From: Candidatus Kerfeldbacteria bacterium | GTDB taxonomy: Bacteria > Patescibacteriota > Patescibacteriia > UBA9570 > XYC2-FULL-38-9 | NCBI GenBank assembly: GCA_016182555.1 | Contig: JACPGJ010000007.1 | Span: 64,053 to 128,052 of the forward strand | DNA length: 64,000 bases | Reading direction: 5' to 3' | Shown: piece by piece, positions 57,089 through 64,000 of the stretch | How positions within the stretch are numbered: position 1 is the stretch's first letter | How the letters are laid out: each line of letters opens with the position of its first letter | Made by a program: the position numbers and the translations under genes | The notes under the pieces: model-generated | Told to the model about the DNA's origin: nothing | The model's input: only the letters and a program-made list of their open reading frames with translations | Databases searched by the model: none

Positions 57089-58585
57089 ATGAATATGAAT
57101 ACAAATGAATTAGACCCTACTGAATCTAACGCATCTCTGGATTACAACGATTTTCAAGAAATTATACCAGCTTTAGATTTTATCAATGAACACGCCTATG
57201 TGGCTATTCCTAAGCGTGATGTCACTGATAAAGGCATGGTGACAAGCTACCAGCTCATTCGCTCTGATGGTAAGGCTATTGGACTAAAGCCACCTTATAC
57301 TGAACTAATGGCCTTAAAGCTTTACAGTGAGCGAATGCCAGCACCTGAAGCGCGATGGTCGAACACAAGCTTACAGGAGTTTCTCTCTACTCACGGTGAA
57401 TCATCTTATCAGGATATATCCAAAGTAATAGCAGACCTTGTAGCCATATTAAAAAAATATATTGACTTTGAAGATGATCGGTTAATCTACCTGATTAGTT
57501 GCTGGACGATTGCAACCTATTTTCATCGCGTATTTGTGGCATTCCCCTATTTACATCTCAATGGCAATGCTGGGAGCGGTAAGACTAAGACATTAATTAT
57601 TCTGTCCTTGTTAGCTTTTAATGCTGAATTATCAGCTAGTAATACCCCTGCCTATACTATCCGTATTATTCATAGTAATAGCGCAACATTGTTGCTTGAT
57701 GAAGTAGAAACACTCAAACGCCCAAAAGACGAGGACGTTAAAACCATCGTAGCTATATTAAATTCTGGCTATAAAAAAGGGGCCCGAGTAGGTAAAGCAG
57801 AACAAATTGGAAAATCTCAACTCTGGACTCCAAAAAAATATGATGCCTACTCACCCAAAGTATTTGCTGGTATTCAAGGTCTTGATGCAACACTTGCTTC
57901 ACGGTGCATCCCCATTACCATGGTGAACTCAAGTAATAATACGATTAAAAATGTTGAGGTCTATGAGCAAGATGCGCATTGGCCAAAACTACGTGATGCC
58001 TGCTATTGGTTGCTGATGAAAGAGCATAAGGCAGTACGCAGGCACTACAGTCAGTTAAGTGATACCGAATTAGTAGGCCGTGAATGGGAATTATGGAAGC
58101 CCCTACTTACCATTGCTCAATTAGCCGATGAAAGCGTTTATCAGCAAGTACGCTCATTAGCTTTAGAAATCCATCAACAAAAACAGGAAGCGACCATTGA
58201 AGATATGGAAACACCTAAAATCTTGATGGCCTTGGAAGCGTTGTTGCAAACCAAATTTGGCGATAGCTGCTGTTCGCTGCAAGAAATAGTTGATTTCGTA
58301 GTGGAGTATGATCACGAACATTTTGGCTGGCTTAAAGAGCCCTATAAACAGTTACGTCCAACGCGGTGGATGGGGCAACAGTTACGTCGCGCTGGAGTAG
58401 TAAGTGGTACGAGTAGACCAATCCGTATGGGTGGAAAAGTAGCCCGTGGTTTTGATCTAAAACTTCAAGTTATACAGCAGCGTCTTAAAAACTATGCAGC
58501 AGACGGTTACATGGTTACAGATGATGAAAATACTCCGCCAGTATCTACTAACGTCTCTGTAACTGAGCCTGTAACTCCTGACTAA
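57089..58585 (+). CDS. P-loop NTPase, putative replication initiator/helicase of the element
   Basis: Walker A GNAGSGKT and Walker B LLLDEVE; 498 aa; iteron array lies immediately downstream. Confidence 0.5.
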   Translation: MNMNTNELDPTESNASLDYNDFQEIIPALDFINEHAYVAIPKRDVTDKGMVTSYQLIRSDGKAIGLKPPYTELMALKLYSERMPAPEARWSNTSLQEFLSTHGESSYQDISKVIADLVAILKKYIDFEDDRLIYLISCWTIATYFHRVFVAFPYLHLNGNAGSGKTKTLIILSLLAFNAELSASNTPAYTIRIIHSNSATLLLDEVETLKRPKDEDVKTIVAILNSGYKKGARVGKAEQIGKSQLWTPKKYDAYSPKVFAGIQGLDATLASRCIPITMVNSSNNTIKNVEVYEQDAHWPKLRDACYWLLMKEHKAVRRHYSQLSDTELVGREWELWKPLLTIAQLADESVYQQVRSLALEIHQQKQEATIEDMETPKILMALEALLQTKFGDSCCSLQEIVDFVVEYDHEHFGWLKEPYKQLRPTRWMGQQLRRAGVVSGTSRPIRMGGKVARGFDLKLQVIQQRLKNYAADGYMVTDDENTPPVSTNVSVTEPVTPD

Positions 58586-58661
58586 TCCCTCGGTTACAAC
58601 ATGGTTACATCACATATATTCAATTCTATTTATTAAAAAATCACTTTGTAACTGTGTAACC
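58505..58661. repeat. iteron-like array of GGTTACA heptamers (candidate replication origin)
   Basis: GGTTACATGGTTACA at 58505-58520, GGTTACAACATGGTTACA at 58592-58609, inverted GTAACTGTGTAACC at 58648-58661. Confidence 0.5.
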
Positions 58662-58685
58662 GAAAATCACAATAAATCTTAAACT

Positions 58686-59294
58686 ATGAAATCAAACAAA
58701 CTCATACCCACACCTGAGAATATACAAAAATCAGTGCGAGAAATAGCTGAAAAAGACAAAAGTGAAAGTATATGCAGGGAACTATCAGAAATGCTTATAA
58801 AATCCTATTCACTAAAAGGTACTAAGCGCAAAGAAATTTATCAACAGATTGACGAAAAATTTAAAGTCGCCTTAAAGCTGGATAACCTCAATAATCACTA
58901 TTTAGCAACAGCTAGCGTTGATAAAGAATATCAAGAATTTCTCAGTATTTTTATTAAGACACTCATCCTTGAATATAACTGCTCTACTGCCAGTGAAAAA
59001 TCGCTCGCACAAATTATAGGGATTAACTACATCCGTGTTTTACGATACAGCGCTAACCTTGAAAAGTGTACTAATTTGAAATACTTAACCGAAGTTGCAA
59101 CAGGATATTACGGGATGATTAGTAAAGAACTAGATCGAGCAGAGCGGCAGTATATGACAGCCCTAATGCTGCTGAAACAACTAAAAACTCCTGAATTAAA
59201 AGTAAGTATTAAAGCCAATACCGCTTTTATCGCACAGCAGCAACAAATCAATGCTGATAAACCCAACACCTATGACAACACCATTAAGGGCTAA
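58686..59294 (+). CDS. hypothetical protein
   Basis: 202-aa ORF. Confidence 0.4.
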   Translation: MKSNKLIPTPENIQKSVREIAEKDKSESICRELSEMLIKSYSLKGTKRKEIYQQIDEKFKVALKLDNLNNHYLATASVDKEYQEFLSIFIKTLILEYNCSTASEKSLAQIIGINYIRVLRYSANLEKCTNLKYLTEVATGYYGMISKELDRAERQYMTALMLLKQLKTPELKVSIKANTAFIAQQQQINADKPNTYDNTIKG

Positions 59295-59619
59295 TGATTT
59301 CGGAAAAAATAGAATCTTGGCTGAGGATTGTAAAAAAATCAGAATTGAAGATGTTGTCAAAAAAACCAATCGTCAGCTTAAAGCAATTCTATTACAGGCC
59401 AATGTGAGCGCAATTGATGTTGAATTAGAACTTACTACCACGATTCTGTGTAGCGGTGGTTTACGTTATTGGTTTAAGTGTCCTGTATGCAAAAAACGAA
59501 TTGGTGTTCTATTTCAGCATCCTATTGAACAGGTTATTGGCTGTCGTACCTGTTTGCATCTGGATTATCTAAAACATCGCTATAAAGGCATGATCGAAGA
59601 ATCGATTCAAAATAATTAA
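59272..59619 (+). CDS. zinc-ribbon protein
   Basis: CPVCKK...CRTC four-cysteine ribbon; start uncertain because the ORF overlaps the upstream gene. Confidence 0.4.
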   Translation: MTTPLRANDFGKNRILAEDCKKIRIEDVVKKTNRQLKAILLQANVSAIDVELELTTTILCSGGLRYWFKCPVCKKRIGVLFQHPIEQVIGCRTCLHLDYLKHRYKGMIEESIQNN

Positions 59620-59622
59620 AAG

Positions 59623-59796
59623 ATGTCAGAGCAAAACCACAGCAATTCAATTTTTACTGAAGAGCAAAAGAATAATTTTGCTGGTTTTGCTATGATTTTA
59701 GGGAGAATTCATAAAAGACTTATTGCCGAAGGGTATACGATCAAAGATGGAAAAATTATCCCTCCTGAGGTACAATCTAATAAAGTACATATATGA
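59623..59796 (+). CDS. 58-aa ORF translationally coupled to the recombinase (candidate directionality factor/regulator)
   Basis: MSEQNHSNSIFTEEQKNNFAGFAMILGRIHKRLIAEGYTIKDGKIIPPEVQSNKVHI; its TGA stop overlaps the recombinase ATG (ATATGA). Confidence 0.35.
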   Translation: MSEQNHSNSIFTEEQKNNFAGFAMILGRIHKRLIAEGYTIKDGKIIPPEVQSNKVHI

Positions 59797-61481
59797 AGAA
59801 TACGCAATCGAAACCATACGTCATATACTCACGCAAAAGCACGGACGATCTGGATAATCAAAAAAACTCAATACCCTATCAAGTTGAGGCGTGTGCAGCA
59901 TTGGCAAAAAGTAAGAATTTACCCGTTTCCTCACTCACTGAAGAAGGTTTTATAACGGACGGAATAATACGTGAAAAGCATACTGCATTTAAAACATCCG
60001 ATATTACGGTCACCAAAGAAGGTCAAGTCAATTTTAAGATAGAACGTCCAAAGTTTAATATACTGATTCAGAAATTATTGAGTGGAGAATTTGCTGGAAT
60101 AATCTGTCTTTGTTGGGATCGGATTAGTCGTAATGAACAGGACGGTATTTTAATTAAACAGTTAATGGATAACGGCATTGATTTTCAATTTGTTCAAGTA
60201 ACCTACGACAAAACCAGTTCAGGAGCTTTACATCGTGATATTGATGGTATGTTTGCCTCGCATTATTCTCGAGTCATTAGTGAGAAGGTAAGAAATACAT
60301 TTGAAAAGTTTCGTAAAGATGGTCGCTGCATTGGTCCTGCTCCCATTGGAAGTTTAGACAATGGTTCTGATGATAAACCACTTGATCCTGAACGAGCACC
60401 TCTTGTAAAGCGAGTTTTTGAGTTATATGCAACGGGAGAATGGAGTCTTAGCCAGCTGGGTAAATGGGCAAATAAATCAGGGTTAACCAGTAAACCCTCA
60501 CGAGCAAAACGTACTCGCGAAGAAATACTTGCTGGTGAGGAAGATAACCGACCAAAGGTGAGTCGGCCAGTAAACGAAAAAACAATTGAAAATATCTTAA
60601 AAAATCCTTTTTATATTGGTAAACATAGAAGCAAATCAGGAGAAATTTGGGATTGCAACCATCCTCGTTTAATTGATACGTCACTCTTCAATGCAGTACA
60701 ACAACAACTCAAGGCACGAAATGTGACCGTCCACTATGTCGATAAAGAATTTTATACGTATCGCGGGTTAATTCGCTGTGAATGTGGTCGTTCGTATTCT
60801 CCGTATGAAAAGAAAGGGAACACTTACTATCGGTGTCGTTGTAAAGAAACTTGTACTAACCCAAATGTGAATATTCGTGAAGATGCTATCCATAAACAAA
60901 TAATGGCTTTTTTAGATCGTATCTATTTCACAGATGAAGAACTCGCTGAAATTGAAGCGGGAGCAAAAACTGGTTTAGATAAAATATCTGAAAAACGAAA
61001 TAACGAATTGACTGATCTTGAACGTGAGCGAAAACGAATATATGGAGATTTAGATTATATGAAAAAAAATAAAATCACCCTTCTTCGTAATAATGTTTCG
61101 ACTATTGATGAATATTCCAAAGATGTTGAACGTCTTGAACAGGAGCTGAGTGTAAATGCTCAAAAAATGGAGATATACCGAGAGTCAGAACACGAAATGT
61201 TAAAATATGTCATTACCTTTTCCGAACTCGTAAAAATGGCCAGTGAATACTATAAACATGCACTTGATAGCGAAAAACGCGAAATTGTCGCACAAGTGTT
61301 TTCCGAACTCATTTTATTTGACCTTTCATTTCAATTTATTCCAAAAGACGGCTTTTCTGCGCTTTTTTTGAGACATGAACAAAACAAAAGCGCCCAGACT
61401 ACTCTGGACGCGACATCTTGCTCGGGGGGTGGGGTTCGAACCCACGGCCAAGCGATTAACAGTCGCTTGCTCTACCGCTGA
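59793..61481 (+). CDS. large serine recombinase (resolvase/invertase catalytic domain, recombinase domain, zinc ribbon, coiled coil)
   Basis: N-terminal YSRKST catalytic serine motif; CECGRSY...YYRCRC zinc ribbon; last ~60 nt read antisense through tRNA-Asn. Confidence 0.85.
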   Translation: MKNTQSKPYVIYSRKSTDDLDNQKNSIPYQVEACAALAKSKNLPVSSLTEEGFITDGIIREKHTAFKTSDITVTKEGQVNFKIERPKFNILIQKLLSGEFAGIICLCWDRISRNEQDGILIKQLMDNGIDFQFVQVTYDKTSSGALHRDIDGMFASHYSRVISEKVRNTFEKFRKDGRCIGPAPIGSLDNGSDDKPLDPERAPLVKRVFELYATGEWSLSQLGKWANKSGLTSKPSRAKRTREEILAGEEDNRPKVSRPVNEKTIENILKNPFYIGKHRSKSGEIWDCNHPRLIDTSLFNAVQQQLKARNVTVHYVDKEFYTYRGLIRCECGRSYSPYEKKGNTYYRCRCKETCTNPNVNIREDAIHKQIMAFLDRIYFTDEELAEIEAGAKTGLDKISEKRNNELTDLERERKRIYGDLDYMKKNKITLLRNNVSTIDEYSKDVERLEQELSVNAQKMEIYRESEHEMLKYVITFSELVKMASEYYKHALDSEKREIVAQVFSELILFDLSFQFIPKDGFSALFLRHEQNKSAQTTLDATSCSGGGVRTHGQAINSRLLYR

Positions 61482-61492
61482 GCTACCCCCGA
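61421..61492 (-). tRNA. tRNA-Asn (anticodon GTT)
   Basis: Minus strand folds as a 7-bp acceptor stem (TCGGGGG/CCCCCGA), TA, D-arm GCTC-AGCGGTA-GAGC, anticodon stem AGCGA/TCGCT with loop CTGTTAA (U33, GTT, A37), T-arm GTGGG-TTCGAAC-CCCAC and discriminator G; no encoded CCA. Confidence 0.85.
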
Positions 61493-61572
61493 ATACTATT
61501 TCAAAAGAACATGCCTGATAAAGACACATTCTTGAGTATAGAAAACTTTTCTCATCGCGTCAATGGTTTGTT

Positions 61573-62202
61573 CTAATGAAGGAGCTTCTTCTTATCCCGC
61601 TTGGGTTCAATTTTACGACGGTTTGCTTGCAATTGCTGTTTTCTATTTTGCTCTCGGAGTAAACCCCTAACTGTAGTCTGCATATCTGCCAGTTCTATCG
61701 CTCTGGTCAACACCGCCGCGGTAATCTCAGGAAATTCTGCTTTTGCCGCTGCACTCACTCGTTCAAAATCTCTTGCATCTTCATCGGCGATCTCTCTACT
61801 ATCTGTTGTATCTGTGGGGGAAATAACATCTGCCATAAACTCGCGCTCTGCCCGTTCTTCAGTTGAATTCCTTAGCTGTGCCTTTTTATATAATTTCATA
61901 ACGTAAGTCACAACAATCGCTTCAAAAGAAGGGGCTGGTTCTCGTTGAACTGCTTCATTGAAAAAATGAAGAATTTTCTCCCTATATTGCTCTGGTATGA
62001 TTCCTGATGCAATAAACTCAGACCGCACTCGGGAATACTCTTGTATAGCCTTTATAAACGTTTGATCATCACGATTCGCCTGGGGTACTTTCGGAAAACC
62101 AAATACCCCCACTAACGCCTCTCGTATCAACTGCTGCCGTTGGCTCTCATTCGGTTCAAGCAACATCGCCCGTAAGTGTGAAAAAAAATCTTGCTGTGTC
62201 AT
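61573..62202 (-). CDS. hypothetical protein
   Basis: 209-aa ORF, charged and helical, basic C-terminus. Confidence 0.4.
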   Translation of the reverse strand: MTQQDFFSHLRAMLLEPNESQRQQLIREALVGVFGFPKVPQANRDDQTFIKAIQEYSRVRSEFIASGIIPEQYREKILHFFNEAVQREPAPSFEAIVVTYVMKLYKKAQLRNSTEERAEREFMADVISPTDTTDSREIADEDARDFERVSAAAKAEFPEITAAVLTRAIELADMQTTVRGLLREQNRKQQLQANRRKIEPKRDKKKLLH

Positions 62203-62216
62203 ACTTGCTTAATAGG

Positions 62217-62792
62217 TTATACCTGTCGCACCCAAACAAGCAATTCTTGAATATTCACACTACCTTCTGTCACATGCTTTCCTGCTCTATAAAAATCTGC
62301 AACAAGCATTCCATTTTCTGAATCCTGCGTAATAATGGTTGTCTTAAATTGCGGCAAATCGATACGCAATTTTGGTGTGCCTGTTGCATGTGTTGAAGAA
62401 AAACTATCTGGGGGAAAATATTGATACAGTCGAGTTGTTGTGTGTTCAAGTTCACTAGGAAATGCATTGATCTCCTGCATATTTCCACCATATATTTCAG
62501 CAAGTTCGGCAAGTAGCCGACGATGATATGCCCGCATCGCTTCAGCATGTATAGGAAGCACATGCTGAGTATAGTGTTCCCAATCGTTTTTGGCTTTTTC
62601 GTATTTTGCAGTTCTTGGATCTGAACGAAATGCTAATTCTTTTATATTAAATAGTTGACCAGCCCGAAAACAGGCCTCACGATATGTTTTTACAATTTCT
62701 GAAGCTCTATATTCACGAAATAATTGAGCTTCTTGTTTTTGTTGTTGTTGCTCTAACGTTTGTTCTGGTTTTTTACCACGGCTTGTTTCCAT
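62217..62792 (-). CDS. hypothetical protein
   Basis: 191-aa ORF upstream of rpoD. Confidence 0.4.
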   Translation of the reverse strand: METSRGKKPEQTLEQQQQKQEAQLFREYRASEIVKTYREACFRAGQLFNIKELAFRSDPRTAKYEKAKNDWEHYTQHVLPIHAEAMRAYHRRLLAELAEIYGGNMQEINAFPSELEHTTTRLYQYFPPDSFSSTHATGTPKLRIDLPQFKTTIITQDSENGMLVADFYRAGKHVTEGSVNIQELLVWVRQV

Positions 62793-62810
62793 AAAATAAA
62801 TAATTACTGC

Positions 62811-64000
62811 TTAATAATCTTGTAATTTTTTCATGGCTTCATGTCCTTCAATCGTTTGCAGCGCTTTCGCTTCAATTTGGCGAATACGCTCACGGGTCAC
62901 ACCAAATTCTTGCCCCACCTCTTCCAAGGTATGTGAAACACCATCGAGCAAGCCAAAGCGCATTTCAAGAATTTTTTGTTCTCGTGGAGGAAGATCGGCA
63001 ATCGCTTCACGCACATGGTCACGCAATAATTGTAATGAGGCAATTTGTGACGGACCGACGGTCTTCACATCTTCAATAAAATCTCCCAGCGTCGAATCTT
63101 CTGAATCATCATCACCAACCGATGTTTCCAACGACACCGTATCCTGCGAAATTTTGATAATATGCAGTACTTTATCTAACGGCAAGTCCATCTCAGCCGC
63201 GATCTCTTCTGGCAGCGGTTCACGGCCGAGCACCTGAATCAACCCACGTTCAATTTGGGTAAACTTGTTGATGGTTTCCACCATGTGCACCGGAATACGA
63301 ATGGTGCGTGACTGGTCAGCGAGCGATCGAGTAATCGCTTGCCGAATCCACCACGTGGCATACGTCGAAAATTTATAGCCTTTGCGGTAATCAAATTTTT
63401 CCACCGCGCGGAATAACCCCACATTCCCTTCTTGAATTAAGTCGAGCAACGACAACGACCGACCAGTAAATTTTTTCGCAATGGAAACTACCAAACGCAA
63501 GTTCGCTTCAATAAGGCGACGCTTCGCTTCTGGGTCTCCTTGTTCTTTTAATTTCGCCAAGCGCACCTCTTCTTCACCACGCAGCAGCGGCACTTTTCCA
63601 ATTTCACGCAAGTACATCTGAATCGAATCATTGGCAATATCGCCTAAATCAAAGGATTTCATTTTGCGTGACCGTTGCACTTGGTCTAAAATACCGCCAC
63701 CACTACCCGGTCGAGCTGCACCATCAGCGGCTGTACCGGTGGCTTTCAAAATGCCACCAGCCACACCAAGCGTGGGTTGGCCGTCGGGGCCTAAAATTTC
63801 TACCCCTTGTTCCTCCAAATCGTGTAGCCAATCTTCAAACTCAGATAAATAATCTTCTAAATGATTAAATAAATATAAAATTTCATTTTCCGTGAGAAAA
63901 TTACGCGAGCGACCTTTCTCTAATAATCGTGCGGCATCCTCCGTTGGAAATACCATTTTCACATACCGCTCTTTCACCACATCATTCAGCGGTAATTTTT
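62811..64000 (-). CDS. rpoD: RNA polymerase sigma factor RpoD (sigma-70), N-terminus beyond window
   Basis: Regions 2.4/3/4 motifs (...[14 protein letters not shown]..., ...[24 protein letters not shown]...); the frame stays open past the GTG start chosen by the track, to the window edge. Confidence 0.85.
   Translation of the reverse strand, partial: KLPLNDVVKERYVKMVFPTEDAARLLEKGRSRNFLTENEILYLFNHLEDYLSEFEDWLHDLEEQGVEILGPDGQPTLGVAGGILKATGTAADGAARPGSGGGILDQVQRSRKMKSFDLGDIANDSIQMYLREIGKVPLLRGEEEVRLAKLKEQGDPEAKRRLIEANLRLVVSIAKKFTGRSLSLLDLIQEGNVGLFRAVEKFDYRKGYKFSTYATWWIRQAITRSLADQSRTIRIPVHMVETINKFTQIERGLIQVLGREPLPEEIAAEMDLPLDKVLHIIKISQDTVSLETSVGDDDSEDSTLGDFIEDVKTVGPSQIASLQLLRDHVREAIADLPPREQKILEMRFGLLDGVSHTLEEVGQEFGVTRERIRQIEAKALQTIEGHEAMKKLQDY

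Larger units (their letters stand above)
54601..61492. mobile_element. putative integrative, self-replicating element at tRNA-Asn (cargo gene, CHC2 primase-like, P-loop NTPase, iteron origin, small coupled ORF, large serine recombinase)
   Basis: Gene content and order; recombinase 3' end overlaps the tRNA; AT-rich composition; left boundary is uncertain. Confidence 0.4.

Noticed and set aside
1-64000. CRISPR arrays, rRNA genes, additional tRNAs
   Set aside because: No regularly spaced direct repeats of 25-40 bp were found. No rRNA-like conserved blocks. The only T-arm/D-arm pair is the tRNA-Asn at 61421-61492.

Overview
This window is about 64 kb from a bacterial chromosome with the standard genetic code (TGA is used as a stop). 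Base composition is roughly 40-45% GC, with several patches of clearly different composition.

The first ~43 kb is mostly conserved housekeeping genes: msrB (5' partial), ribE-ribH, malic enzyme, an ABC-2 exporter pair, a ZnuA-like metal-binding protein, an AI-2E transporter, truB, a PduO-type cob(I)alamin adenosyltransferase, the dcw-cluster head mraZ-rsmH-ftsL-ftsI(PBP), a histidine kinase, pepA and a complete sufCBD-S-U operon. Interspersed are two ECF sigma/anti-sigma pairs, three large GC-rich secreted proteins, an NHL-repeat protein and a GC-rich horizontally acquired gene.

The clearest non-coding element is a cobalamin riboswitch on the minus strand (~22.8-23.0 kb). Its conserved core (GGGAAUUCCGGUGCGAAUCCGGAGCUG...CGCAACUGUAA plus an AAGCCAGAUACC B12-box) is readable directly. 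It sits upstream of two secreted DUF4430 proteins, one fused to a prenyltransferase/squalene-cyclase-like alpha/alpha barrel, giving a transcobalamin-like domain set that is likely an extracellular corrinoid-capture operon.

The last third (43-61.5 kb) is an accessory mosaic. It opens with an XRE regulator, a 24-aa hydrophobic peptide with its own RBS and terminator, a P-loop kinase, a frameshifted GT2 gene fused to an HNH nuclease motif, two paralogous AAA ATPases with shuffled conserved upstream blocks, and a DUF3800 protein. Next come a GC-rich two-gene insert and a three-gene membrane/zinc-ribbon cluster. The region ends in a probable integrative, self-replicating element (54.6-61.5 kb): an AT-rich cargo gene, a CHC2 zinc-finger primase-like protein, a P-loop NTPase followed by GGTTACA iterons, and a small ORF translationally coupled to a large serine recombinase. 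The recombinase's 3' end overlaps a minus-strand tRNA-Asn(GTT). A pair of 42-45 bp direct repeats (43.3 and 47.9 kb) brackets a 4.6 kb cassette.

Other points of interest: four same-orientation DnaA boxes upstream of mraZ; palindromic operators upstream of the ZnuA-like gene and between divergent promoters at 13.7 kb (with a possible sRNA); and two compact structured-RNA candidates (49.63 and 54.6-54.8 kb). No CRISPR array and no rRNA were seen.
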